This document shows positions 30,815 through 40,424 of a stretch of DNA of 64,000 nucleotides, piece after piece. A model generated the notes under the pieces. It made no database searches and was not told the origin of the DNA. It saw only the letters and a program-made list of their open reading frames with translations. Position 1 is the first letter of the stretch, and every line of letters begins with the position of its first letter. Origin of the DNA: an uncultured Chloroflexia bacterium (GTDB lineage Bacteria; Chloroflexota; Limnocylindria; Limnocylindrales; CSP1-4); NCBI GenBank assembly GCA_963768655.1, contig CAVYIM010000009.1:231440-295439 (forward strand), in the 5' to 3' direction. Position numbers and translations under genes: made by a program.

Positions 30815-32833
30815 ATGACCGCCGTCGCCAGACCCGCATCTATGCCGCGACTTCGGCCCGTTGAGGCGCTGCGCGGCCTGGTCCGAGGCAACGTCGACGA
30901 GGCCGCCTGGGTCCGCCCGGCGTTCCTCGCAGTTCTCGCCCTGGCCGCGGTTCTGTACCTCTGGAACCTGACCGTGAGCGGCTACGCCAACACCTACTAC
31001 TCCGCTGCCGCGCTGTCCGCTTCCAAGAGCTGGTCGGCCTGGTTCTTCGGCAGCTTCGATGCCGCCAACTTCATCACCGTCGACAAGCCGCCGCTCTCCA
31101 CGATGATCATGGGCCTGTCGGTCCGGATCTTCGGCCTGAGCTCGTGGACGATACTGGCCCCGGAGGCGCTCGCCGGCGTGGCCACGGTCGGAGTGCTGTT
31201 CCTGGCGGTGAAGCGGTCGTTCGGTCCGGCTGCCGCGGTCATCGCCGCGGCCGTCATGGCTCTCACTCCGGCCGCGGTCTTGATCTTCCGCTTCAACAAC
31301 CCGGACGCACTGCTGACTCTCCTGCTGGTGACCTCAGCATGGGCGTTGCTCCGCTCGCTCGAGCACGGCAGCTACCGCTGGCTGACCCTCGCGGCGGCGT
31401 GCGTCGGCTTCGCCTTCCTGACCAAGTACCTGCAGGCGTACCTGGTCCTGCCGGGCTTCGCCCTCGTCTTCGGCTTCTCGGCCGACACGACGCTGCGCCG
31501 CCGACTGCTGGGTCTCGTGGCGGCCTTCGCCACGGTCCTCGTCTCGAGCGGCTGGTGGGTGGCGATCGTGGAGCTGCTGCCGGCCGGCAGCAAACCCTTC
31601 ATCGGCGGCAGCACGACCGGCTCGGCCCTCGATCTCATCTTCGGTTACGACGGCCTGGGCCGCATCTTCGGCGCGACCGGCCCGGGTGGGGGCGGTGCCG
31701 GCGGCGGTGGCTTCAGCGGCGAGGTCGGTCCGCTGCGGCTCTTCAACGACCAGTTCTTCGGCGAGATCGCGTGGCTCATCCCACTCGCGCTCGTCTGCCT
31801 TGTGGCCGGTTTGTGGATGCGCCGCTGGGCGCGCCGCACCGATGCCGGCCTGGCGGGCTATCTGCTCTGGGGCGGCTGGTTCGTCGTGACGGCGATCGTC
31901 TTCAGCTACATGTCGGGCATCATCCACAGTTACTACGCCGTCGCCCTGGCGCCGGCGATCGCCGCGCTCGTCGGGGCGGGCCTGGTGGATCTCTGGTCGG
32001 CGCGGGCGCGGATATGGCTCGGCGGCATCGCCGTCGGGCTGCTCTGCCTGGGGTCGGCCTGGTTCGGCTCGACGCTGCTCGACCGAACGCCGAGCTTCGC
32101 CCAGGGTCTCGGGACCGTGGCGATCCTGCTGGCCGCTGTCGGCCTGCTCATCCTGGTGGTGGCCTCGTTGCCGTCGCTGGCCGAGAACGCGGCAGTGAAG
32201 CGGCTGGCGGTCGGCGCGGCGGCGCTGGGTGTCTGCGCGACGCTGATCGCGCCGGCGGCGTATGCGATCGACACGACCGGCACGGCCTACGGCGGCGGCG
32301 ATCCGCATCCGGGGCCGGGAACGACGAGCGGTATTGCGGGCGGCTTCGGCGGCGCAGGCCCAGCCGGCCCGGGCGGTGGCGCTTTCGGCGGCTCGAGTGG
32401 GGCCCTGCCGGGCGGTCCTTCCACGGGCCTACCCGGCGACGGCGGCGGCTTGGGCGGCAACACCTCCGACACGGCCCTGCTCGACTACCTGGTCTCGAAC
32501 AGAGGCACCGCGACCTGGATCGTGGCGATCGACTCCGCCCAGGAGGCGGGCTCGATCGAAATCGCCACCGGCCTTCCTGTCATGGCCATGGGCGGGTTCA
32601 CCGGCTCGGATCCCACGCCCACGCTGGCCGAGCTCCAGGCCGACATAGCTGCCGGCAAGCTTCGGTTCGTGATAGCCGGAAGCGGCAGCGGCGGCCTGGG
32701 GGCGGGGTTCCCGGGCGCGGGCGGCGCCGGCGGCGCCGATAGCAGCGTCGACACATGGGTCACTGCAACCTGCAAGGCAGTCAGCTACGGTGGCTCGGCC
32801 AGCCTGTACGACTGCGCCGGAGCGGCCGGCTGA
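30815..32833 (+). CDS. ArnT/YkcB-like (GT39/PMT_2) membrane glycosyltransferase
   Basis: YANTYYSAA, FFGSFDAANFITVDKPP, FRFNNPDALL, many TM helices, Gly-rich loops, VMAMGGFTGSDP. Confidence 0.92.
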   Translation: MTAVARPASMPRLRPVEALRGLVRGNVDEAAWVRPAFLAVLALAAVLYLWNLTVSGYANTYYSAAALSASKSWSAWFFGSFDAANFITVDKPPLSTMIMGLSVRIFGLSSWTILAPEALAGVATVGVLFLAVKRSFGPAAAVIAAAVMALTPAAVLIFRFNNPDALLTLLLVTSAWALLRSLEHGSYRWLTLAAACVGFAFLTKYLQAYLVLPGFALVFGFSADTTLRRRLLGLVAAFATVLVSSGWWVAIVELLPAGSKPFIGGSTTGSALDLIFGYDGLGRIFGATGPGGGGAGGGGFSGEVGPLRLFNDQFFGEIAWLIPLALVCLVAGLWMRRWARRTDAGLAGYLLWGGWFVVTAIVFSYMSGIIHSYYAVALAPAIAALVGAGLVDLWSARARIWLGGIAVGLLCLGSAWFGSTLLDRTPSFAQGLGTVAILLAAVGLLILVVASLPSLAENAAVKRLAVGAAALGVCATLIAPAAYAIDTTGTAYGGGDPHPGPGTTSGIAGGFGGAGPAGPGGGAFGGSSGALPGGPSTGLPGDGGGLGGNTSDTALLDYLVSNRGTATWIVAIDSAQEAGSIEIATGLPVMAMGGFTGSDPTPTLAELQADIAAGKLRFVIAGSGSGGLGAGFPGAGGAGGADSSVDTWVTATCKAVSYGGSASLYDCAGAAG

Positions 32834-32990
32834 TCTTCTGCCGAACCGGGCCGAGTCGGCCGCCGGTCAGTCGCCGAACCGGGCGAGGCCGATGCCGGGG
32901 TGCGAAACGGCCCAGCGGTACGCGGCCGCCCACTCCGGTTCGGCGGCGGCCTTGGGGCGGCGGCAAAGTGTGCCCGCAGGCTCCGGCGCC

Positions 32991-33033
32991 CGTAACCGTT
33001 TCGAAAGACGCCTCGGTCCATCGTCCGGACATG
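32991..33033 (+). promoter_or_regulatory. Shared regulatory motif, -10 and ATG
   Basis: CGTAA ccgttt CGAAAG N11 CATCGT N6 ATG, upstream of the response regulator. Confidence 0.65.
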
Positions 33034-33211
33034 CACCTCCGGTGCGTCGATCAAGCAGATACCCGCGGTGCCGCCTCGCCCGGCTCCCCCCTCTCCGGGC
33101 GAGGCGGCACCGAATCAAGTCGGGTCCGACGCGCCCCGGCGGTACGATGAACGTGCGGTCGAGGCCGGACTCCGGCAGACGCCGCATCTGACACCTCGGT
33201 AGGGAGAATCG

Positions 33212-33880
33212 ATGCGCGTGCTCGTGGCGGAGGACGATCCCGGCCTGCGCGAAGTCCTCGTCCTGGGCCTGGAGGACCACGGCTATCAGGTCGACGCGGC
33301 CGAGCGCGGCGACGACGCCATCGACATGTTCAAGTTCTACGACTACGACGTCGCCGTCGTCGATTGGCGCATGCCCGGCGCCGAGGGGATCGACGTCGTG
33401 GCCTGGGCCCGCAAGCACGGCAAACCCACGGCGATCCTGATGCTGACCGCCCGCGACGCCCCACCGGACAGGATCCGCGGCCTGGACGCGGGCGCGGACG
33501 ACTACCTGGTCAAGCCCTTCGACTTCGGCGAGCTGCTGGCGCGCATCCGAGCCCTGCAGCGACGGCCGCGCGGCGTGGACGCTCCGGTCATCGCTCGCGG
33601 CTCACTCGCCCTGGATCCGATTCGCCGCGAGGTCACCGTGGGGGACCACCCGGTAGCTCTCACCTCCACCGAATACAACATCCTCGAGCTGCTCCTGCGC
33701 CGCTCGCCGGCGGTGGTGGATCGAAAGGCGATCGCCGAGCATGCCTGGCGCGACGAGACCGACCCGCTCGGCTCGAACGCCATCGACGTCCAGCTGAGCA
33801 GGCTGCGGGCCAAGCTGCCGGCCGCCGGGGTTCGGATCGTGACGGTCCGCGGCGCCGGCTATCGCCTGGAGGAAGCGTGA
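33212..33880 (+). CDS. OmpR/PhoB-family response regulator
   Basis: VLVAEDD, VVDWRMP, GADDYLVKPF, winged helix VTVRGAGYRL. Confidence 0.96.
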   Translation: MRVLVAEDDPGLREVLVLGLEDHGYQVDAAERGDDAIDMFKFYDYDVAVVDWRMPGAEGIDVVAWARKHGKPTAILMLTARDAPPDRIRGLDAGADDYLVKPFDFGELLARIRALQRRPRGVDAPVIARGSLALDPIRREVTVGDHPVALTSTEYNILELLLRRSPAVVDRKAIAEHAWRDETDPLGSNAIDVQLSRLRAKLPAAGVRIVTVRGAGYRLEEA

Positions 33881-35205
33881 AGCTTTTCGGCCGTTCACCT
33901 GGACAGGCCGGCACCCACAACCACGACGGACCGTCCGTGGCCATGCTCACGATCCGCGTCGCGATGGCCGCCAGCGCGATCGTCGGCATCGCCTATGTGG
34001 TCATTGCCGTCGTCGTTGCGATCTTTGTTTCCGGGAATCTCATGGCCGACGTCGATCATCGCCTCGTCCAGGTCCTTGATGCCCAGTCGGGCGGGCTTCC
34101 GGGGCAGCCAGGCGGGCTGCCGGACGGCGGCGTTCAGACTGGCCCGGGCTTCGACCCCGCCCGTCAGGATCCTCGCGGCCTGCCCGTGCTGCTCTGGGTC
34201 GTCAGCGCCGACGGGACGGCAACCAGCCAGGTCCCGAACGTTTCCGTGCAGCTCCCCGCCGAAGACCGGTCGGTATCCGCCCCGACGACGGTTTCGATCG
34301 GCGGCGTCAGCTACCGCATCGACGGCCAGACCGTGGGCACGCAGCGCTACGTCGTGGCGCAGGCGCTGGACAACGAATCCAGCACCGAGTCGACGCTGAT
34401 CGTGGCCGAGTTCGGGATCGGCTGCGCGCTCCTGATCGTCGTCTTTCTCGGCGCGCTGGCCGTGGGCCGGAGGGTTGCGCTGCCGATCGAGCGGGCGCGG
34501 CGCCGCCAGCTCGAGTTCACGGCCGATGCCTCGCATGAGCTGCGCACTCCGCTCTCGGTCATCGAGGCTCAGACGAGCCTGGCCCTCGCCCGCAACCGCG
34601 ACGGAACCTGGGACGCGAGTGCCTTCGGGCGGATCGACGGGGAGCTCAAGCGGACGCGCCACCTCGTGGACGACATGCTGTGGCTGGCCAGATTCGATTC
34701 GACCGGTGGGCAGCCCGACGCCGAACCGGTGGACGTCGGCGTCCTGGCCGCTCAGACGGCCGACCAATTCGGGGCGGTGGCCGAGGCTCGGGGCCAGAAG
34801 CTGTCGGTGAGTGCCGCGGCGGGCGCGGACGGCGCGATCGTGACCGCGCCCCCGGAATGGCTCGATCGGCTGCTGGGCGTGCTGCTCGACAACGCCTGCA
34901 AGTACTCGCCGGAGGGCGGCCCCATCTCCGTCTCCGTGGCGGGCGAAGGGCGGCGCGTGCGCCTCACCATCGACGACTCCGGGCCCGGCATTCCGGCCGA
35001 GGAGAGAGGCCGCGTCTTCGATCGCTTCCATCGAGCGACGGACGCTCCGGGCGGTGCTGGCCTGGGTCTCGCCATCGCCGATGCCATCGTCCGGGCCACG
35101 GGTGGTCGCTGGGTGATCGGCACGTCCCCGGCCGGCGGCGCGAGCGTCTCGGTCAGCTGGCCGCGCTCGGTCTCCGGGCGCCGCGACCCGCACGCCACCG
35201 ACTGA
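33877..35205 (+). CDS. Sensor histidine kinase
   Basis: Two TMs; H-box DASHELRTPL, N-box LLDNACKY, DDSGPGI, GAGLGLAI; GTGA overlap with the regulator. Confidence 0.95.
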   Translation: MKLFGRSPGQAGTHNHDGPSVAMLTIRVAMAASAIVGIAYVVIAVVVAIFVSGNLMADVDHRLVQVLDAQSGGLPGQPGGLPDGGVQTGPGFDPARQDPRGLPVLLWVVSADGTATSQVPNVSVQLPAEDRSVSAPTTVSIGGVSYRIDGQTVGTQRYVVAQALDNESSTESTLIVAEFGIGCALLIVVFLGALAVGRRVALPIERARRRQLEFTADASHELRTPLSVIEAQTSLALARNRDGTWDASAFGRIDGELKRTRHLVDDMLWLARFDSTGGQPDAEPVDVGVLAAQTADQFGAVAEARGQKLSVSAAAGADGAIVTAPPEWLDRLLGVLLDNACKYSPEGGPISVSVAGEGRRVRLTIDDSGPGIPAEERGRVFDRFHRATDAPGGAGLGLAIADAIVRATGGRWVIGTSPAGGASVSVSWPRSVSGRRDPHATD

Positions 35206-35300
35206 CGCGCCCGTCCGGACGTACCACCGCGGCGGCCCCTCGGCCGACCCGCGCGTCCGCCGGACCGCCCGCTCGACCGTCCGCCGGCAATCGATCATGC

Positions 35301-35343
35301 CGTAATCCGTTCGAAAGCATGCCCGGGCGAAGCTCTGGTCATG
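35301..35343 (+). promoter_or_regulatory. Shared regulatory motif, -10 and ATG
   Basis: CGTAA tccgtt CGAAAG N11 GAAGCT N6 ATG. Confidence 0.65.
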
Positions 35344-35459
35344 AACGAAACCGCCGCCTCGCCGGCCCCCAGTCGCCACTCCGTGCCGCTTTCCGCCTCG
35401 CTATGGCGTAACGGACCAGTGGCCCGTTCCCATGGCCTTTCGACAAAGGAGAAAACAAG

Positions 35460-36065
35460 ATGACCACGCCCGAAGCTGCCCCTGGCAACGATCCCGCCAG
35501 CCCGCCCGTCTGGGAACCCGGGCGCGATCCGGGCGCGCCCGAAGAAGTCGGCCCCATCGAAATCGCGCCGGCCCTGCGCTCGAAGTCGCGGCCCGGCGGC
35601 CCGGCCCGCCGCGCCAGCTCGACTACCGGGCTGCTCGTCGTCGCGGCCCTGATCGCTTTCGGAGGCGTCGGGTTCGCCGCGGGCCACCTGACGGGCAGCG
35701 GCCAGACGAGCGCGGGCAGCCCCAACTTCAGCGCCTTCCGCGCCAATGCCAGCGGTGCTCCCGATGCCGCGGCTCGTGGCGCCCTTGCCGGCGCTCTCAC
35801 TGTGACGGGAACCGTCGCCAGCGTCTCGGCGGACTCGATCACCATCCAGTTGGCCGACGGTTCGACTGAGACCATCGCGACCGGCTCGTCGACCACCTAT
35901 CACAACCAGACCGCCGGATCGAGCACAGATCTCGCGGCCGGCCAGACGGTCCAGGTGCAGACGTCGGACGGCGCGGGTGCAGCCCCGAACGCGAGCCCGA
36001 ACGCTGCCGCCAGCCCGGGCACGCCGACCACTCGGACGGCGACCGACGTTACGATCACGTCCTAG
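35460..36065 (+). CDS. Membrane-anchored DUF5666-like protein
   Basis: AAGGAG RBS; one TM; VTGTVASVSADSITIQL...DLAAGQTVQV...ATDVTI. Confidence 0.75.
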   Translation: MTTPEAAPGNDPASPPVWEPGRDPGAPEEVGPIEIAPALRSKSRPGGPARRASSTTGLLVVAALIAFGGVGFAAGHLTGSGQTSAGSPNFSAFRANASGAPDAAARGALAGALTVTGTVASVSADSITIQLADGSTETIATGSSTTYHNQTAGSSTDLAAGQTVQVQTSDGAGAAPNASPNAAASPGTPTTRTATDVTITS

Positions 36066-36284
36066 TTCCGTGTGCCACGTTATGCGGGCGCGGGCGGTCT
36101 GGAAGGATCCCTCGCGCCCGCGCCATTTCACCCGCAGCCCGCAGCCCGAAGTCAGGTGGCGCGGCCCGACGAAACGGACGCCCGGCCGGCGGCCCGGCAG
36201 CGCCAGGGCAGGCCGGGTTGACGCGCGTCCGGGTGGGTGGGCGGGCGGACCCCGAGCGGCGGGCCCGAGGCCTCGGTCGAGCGT

Positions 36285-37430
36285 TCAGATCCGGCGGACT
36301 ACCACCGAGCCGGCCGCGCTGTCCCACCAGGCCTGCTTGCGAGGGTTGTCGTTGGCCATGACGGCGGCGATGATCGCGGGGAGCACGATCACCTGACACA
36401 CCAGCCAGAGGAGGTATCGGATCGTCGTCATTGCGATGCCGAGCGACGACCCGTCTGCCGCGCGAACCACCCGCAGCCCCAGAGCGCGCTGGCCGAGCGT
36501 GCCCTGGAAGGCCCACCAGCATGTGGGCTGGTAGGCGAACAGCAGGATGAACCAGCACAGGTAGGTCGCCGAGGCGCCGGTCGAGTAGATCGTGTACCCA
36601 TCGCCGTTACCGTAGCTGTAGTACTGCATGCCGAAAGCAGCGGCAACGATGGACGCGACGATCAGTGCCACGAACATCAGGATGGAGTCGATGATGAGCG
36701 CGCCGAAGCGATGGCCAATGCCCCCCCAGGCCAGGCCCGGCGCCGGGCCGAACTGGACCGGCGCACCCGGCCATGCCGGCGTTGGGTAGCCGAAGCCTGA
36801 GGGGCTCGGGGGTGGCCAGTACCCCGGCGGATAGCCGGGCTGAGGGGCGAACCCCGGCGCGGGCGGATAGCCAGCAGCGAACCCGGTCGAGGACGGCTGC
36901 TGCGGCCAGGAGCCCGGCCCGAATCCGGGAGCCGGCGGATAGCCGGGAGCCGGCGGATAGCCGGGAGCCGGCGGATAGCCGGGAGCCGGCGGATAGCCGG
37001 GAGCCGGCGGATACCCCGGAGCCGGCGGATAGCCGGGAGCGAACCCGGGAGGGGGCGGCTGCTGTGGCCACGAACCGGGCGTGTACCCGGCCGGCGGCGG
37101 ATAGCCCGGAGCCGGCGGATACCCGGGTGGCGTCGCCGCGGCCGCGGGGTCGAAGGCCGGCGGCACAGGTGATGGCGCCGCAGGCGCCGTGGCCCAGGGT
37201 GGCGTCGCCGCGGCCGCGGGGTCGAAGGCCGGCGGCACAGGTGATGGCGTCGCAGGCGCCGTGGCCCAGGGTGGCGTCTGGCTGTCGCCCGGTGCTGGGA
37301 TCGGTTGCTGAGGCGGCAGACTTTGAGGCGGCGGCAAGGCAGCGGCGGACCCGGAGTCGGCAGCATTCTGAGGCTGCTGACCGGCCGGCCAATCGGTGCT
37401 GGGTCCCTCGTCCTGCCCGTCCGTGGCCAT
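36285..37430 (-). CDS. RDD-family membrane protein with Pro-rich repetitive N-terminus
   Basis: RFGALIIDS, GTLGQRALGLRVV, QAWWDSAAGSVVV. Confidence 0.88.
   Translation of the reverse strand: MATDGQDEGPSTDWPAGQQPQNAADSGSAAALPPPQSLPPQQPIPAPGDSQTPPWATAPATPSPVPPAFDPAAAATPPWATAPAAPSPVPPAFDPAAAATPPGYPPAPGYPPPAGYTPGSWPQQPPPPGFAPGYPPAPGYPPAPGYPPAPGYPPAPGYPPAPGYPPAPGFGPGSWPQQPSSTGFAAGYPPAPGFAPQPGYPPGYWPPPSPSGFGYPTPAWPGAPVQFGPAPGLAWGGIGHRFGALIIDSILMFVALIVASIVAAAFGMQYYSYGNGDGYTIYSTGASATYLCWFILLFAYQPTCWWAFQGTLGQRALGLRVVRAADGSSLGIAMTTIRYLLWLVCQVIVLPAIIAAVMANDNPRKQAWWDSAAGSVVVRRI
36925..37038. repeat. 18-bp tandem repeat (about 6 copies) encoding YPPAPG
   Basis: CCGGGAGCCGGCGGATAG repeated in tandem within the RDD gene. 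Confidence 0.9.
37125..37278. repeat. 72-bp tandem duplication encoding TPPWATAPAxPSPVPPAFDPAAAA
   Basis: Near-identical units starting at 37125 and 37197. Confidence 0.9.
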
Positions 37431-37673
37431 GCCCGCTCCTCCGCGATTCCCCGGCGCGCCTGCGCGATCCGGTCTGTTGGGTCGCCGACGGGCCGGTTCC
37501 GGCGCCGTCTGGGCGGCCACGCCCATCGTAGCAGCGCGGCAGTGCTCGCAAAGGTTTCCGACGCGTTTGGCCACAGCCCCCTGCCGCCAGGTTCATTCAG
37601 GACTGGTTCAGCCGTCGGCCACACAATCCTCGTCAGTCAAAGTCCCTAACTGAACAGTTCCTGGGTTGATGAG

Positions 37674-38057
37674 ATGAATGGCAAAGGCTTGAGACGCCTT
37701 CTTTGGTTGGTGGTCGGGATCGCCGCTGTGGCGGTCGTCGGAGTGGTGGCCTACAACCTGGGCCTGGCCGCAAACCACGGCGCGGCCCACGTAGCTTTCG
37801 GTCCGCTCCGCGGCAACTACGCCTACGGGCCCGGCCTCGGGTTCGGCCCGTTTGGGCTGCTGGCCGCGATCCTGTTCGGCCTGGTCCTGGTCTGGCTCTT
37901 CGTGGCGCTGATCTCCGGACCGGCCGGCGGTCCCAACCGAGTGTCGAACGACCCCACGGCGATCGACAGACTCCGCGAGCTTTCGGAGATGCACGACAAG
38001 GGTGCTCTCAGCGACGAGGAATTCGCGGCGTCGAAGCGCCGGCTTCTCGGTCTCTGA
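37674..38057 (+). CDS. SHOCT-domain membrane protein
   Basis: Two TMs; C-terminal IDRLRELSEMHDKGALSDEEFAASKRRLL. Confidence 0.88.
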   Translation: MNGKGLRRLLWLVVGIAAVAVVGVVAYNLGLAANHGAAHVAFGPLRGNYAYGPGLGFGPFGLLAAILFGLVLVWLFVALISGPAGGPNRVSNDPTAIDRLRELSEMHDKGALSDEEFAASKRRLLGL

Positions 38058-38335
38058 CGGCCTCTCCCGCGCACAGCTAGCCGTTCCTGCTCCAGCGCGC
38101 CCTGGCGCGCGGCGGATATTCCGCCCGAGCGAGCGAATGGCAGACGCCAGATCGAGCCGTCGAACTGCAGGGCCGTCGAGCCGACCCTGGTGCATGCAAA
38201 CGAACTAGCTGTTTCGGATGGGTCGACCCGGACCCTCGGCCATGTGTCGCGAGCCAGGCGAAGCGACGACTCCTCACGTAACATGTGCGCCGGAGGCGGC
38301 CAGAGGGGGAGAAGGACAGCGGCTTGGGACACCCC

Positions 38336-39256
38336 GTGACCGGAGGTCGACTCCACAGGAGCGGCGGCTTGTTGCTGCTCGCGGGTCTTCTCACAGCGTG
38401 CTGTGCCGGACCGGCGTTGCCGGTGTCTGGCCACGATCCGGGGCGCGGGCTCGTTCCGGACGACCGTGTGGCCGCCGCGGCCTTGCAACTTGCGCCGCCG
38501 GCGCCGGGCGGACCGTTGGTCCCTGAGGCGGCGGGAAGCGAGCAAGCCGACGCGACGCCGGCTCCCACCGCCACGCCCCAGCCGAGCGCCACTCCTGCCC
38601 AGAGCGGTGTCCCAAGCGCTGCGTCGGGGGGCGCCCCCGACGCGATCGCACCACCGTCGGCGCCGCGAAGCTTCGTCGCGCTGGGCGACTCGCTGTCCGT
38701 CTGGGCATTCCCCCCGCATAGCGCCCGACCGTCCGCAACTGGCGCATGGCCCGGCCTTCTGGCCGCCCTGGACACCAATCTCACGCTCCTGCACGACGCC
38801 GGCGTGCCCGGGAACACCACCTCCCAGATGCTCGCTCGGCTCCGGCGGGACGTATTCGCCTATCACCCGGACATGCTCTTCGTGCTGGGCGGCACCAACG
38901 ACGTGGGCGACGGCTATGCCGTCTCCACCACTATCGCCGACCTGCGCAAGATAGTCGAAGCCGCCAGGGCCCAGGGCATCGAAGTCGTGCTACTGACCAT
39001 CCCGCCGAACAATGCGATCCGGTGCTCCCGGCTGGCCAGGTTGCGAGCGACGAATGCGGCCATCATCGCCCTCGGCAGAGCGGAGGGCGTGACCGTCGTC
39101 GACGTCTACTCGGCGCTTGTGTCGGCCGGCGGAAGGCTTCCCGCGGCCTATGTCGCGGCCGACGGTCTGCACCTGAGCCTGCTGGGCGAGAAGGTCGTTG
39201 CCGCCACGGTCTACGCCCGGCTGACCGCGCCGCCGCCGCCCGAGCGCGATCGCTAG
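38336..39256 (+). CDS. SGNH/GDSL hydrolase, probably secreted or lipoprotein (start uncertain)
   Basis: Blocks VALGDSLS, AGVPGNT, LGGTND, DGLHLS. Confidence 0.9.
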   Translation: MTGGRLHRSGGLLLLAGLLTACCAGPALPVSGHDPGRGLVPDDRVAAAALQLAPPAPGGPLVPEAAGSEQADATPAPTATPQPSATPAQSGVPSAASGGAPDAIAPPSAPRSFVALGDSLSVWAFPPHSARPSATGAWPGLLAALDTNLTLLHDAGVPGNTTSQMLARLRRDVFAYHPDMLFVLGGTNDVGDGYAVSTTIADLRKIVEAARAQGIEVVLLTIPPNNAIRCSRLARLRATNAAIIALGRAEGVTVVDVYSALVSAGGRLPAAYVAADGLHLSLLGEKVVAATVYARLTAPPPPERDR

Positions 39257-39469
39257 ATCGCCCCCGGGGTCCCCACGATCGGACGTCACCGGCGGTCGCC
39301 GGGCAGTTTCGGGTGGTCACCGGGCCGTTGGATGTGCGGCCGCGTGGGCGCGCTGCGCCGATCGGACGAGAACGCTCTTCCCATTGGCTTTGGGACTGGC
39401 CGGGGCCGATTCCTAAGGCGGGCGCCGGAGACGACGCACAAGAAGTGCACCCCTCGGGGGCAGGAGCCT

Positions 39470-40363
39470 ATGTCAACCGAACAACCCAAAGCCGGCGACG
39501 ATCCCTCCGGTAGGGCGTCCGGATCGAGATCAGTCGTCGGGAAATGGTGGAACCTCGCGGCCCCCAGGGCCAGCAGGGATCCGCGCTATCGCGTCCTCCA
39601 GCGCCGCGACGTCCGTGAGGCGGTTCGGGTCCAGATCGTCCTCGTCATGGCGATCGTGGTCGTCGACGTGGCCCTCATCGGGGTGAAGCCTGCGGCCATA
39701 GACATCGCCGCTGCGATCGCCCTGATCGCATCCGGCGTACCGCTCCTGAGCCGGCGAATCGTCCTGCGTCGACCGTATGCGACCGCGGTCTTCTCGGGCG
39801 TCGTCCTGAACCTGTTGATCGTGTCGGCGCTGATAAGCGTGCCCGACAGGGCAGCTCTGTTCATGGGCTCGTACGCGGTGGTGATCGTCGCGTCGGCGCT
39901 GTTCTGCGGGTTCGATCAACGGCCTCATCTGATGTGGCTCGCGTTCTCGCTTGGACTTTGGCTCATCGCGCTCCAGGTGGCGTCGATCGGCGCTGCTGCT
40001 CGTTTCGACAGTGAGATCCTCACTGTCGGCGCGGTGGTGGCCAGCGCGGCAGGCAACCGGCTCGTCCAGGCGCGCCGCGAGCGGATGTATGCGACGGAGG
40101 CGATGCTCCGCCGCGAGCGCCGCGACCTGCGCGAAGCGGTGGCTCGTCTCGAAGCGGCCCTGTCGACGATCGCCAGCCTCGAAGGCATCCTGCCGATCTG
40201 CGCTCACTGCAAGCGAATCAGAGAAGCCGACGACACGTGGGTTCGAATCGAGACCTACGTCGAAGAGCGATCGACCGCCCAGTTCAGCCACGGTATCTGC
40301 CCCGAGTGCGCCGAGCGCTACTTCCCGGGAGTCCTGGCCGACCCCTGGACGGTGCCCGACTAG
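39470..40363 (+). CDS. Multi-pass membrane protein with C-terminal CxxC...SHGICxxC domain
   Basis: AGGAG RBS; about 6 TM segments, coiled coil, LEGILPICAHCKRIR...FSHGICPECA. Confidence 0.8.
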   Translation: MSTEQPKAGDDPSGRASGSRSVVGKWWNLAAPRASRDPRYRVLQRRDVREAVRVQIVLVMAIVVVDVALIGVKPAAIDIAAAIALIASGVPLLSRRIVLRRPYATAVFSGVVLNLLIVSALISVPDRAALFMGSYAVVIVASALFCGFDQRPHLMWLAFSLGLWLIALQVASIGAAARFDSEILTVGAVVASAAGNRLVQARRERMYATEAMLRRERRDLREAVARLEAALSTIASLEGILPICAHCKRIREADDTWVRIETYVEERSTAQFSHGICPECAERYFPGVLADPWTVPD

Positions 40364-40424
40364 CTGGACGACGCGACCCGTGGGTCCTCTGCCGTCGCAA
40401 TCCTGACGGCGTTCCAAATCGGCG

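Noticed and set aside
32985-33010. c-di-GMP-I riboswitch suggested by AACCGTTTCGAAAGACG
   Set aside because: The GGGACGCAAA/P2 elements are missing, and the same string recurs at three other promoters with fixed spacing to a -10 box, indicating a DNA motif.
36925-37278. Possible CRISPR array
   Set aside because: Repeats are contiguous, multiples of 3, lack unique spacers and lie within a coding region; no cas genes are present.
38277-38295. Fifth copy of the CGTAA motif upstream of the SGNH gene
   Set aside because: The second half-site (CGCCGG) and the -10 position do not match.
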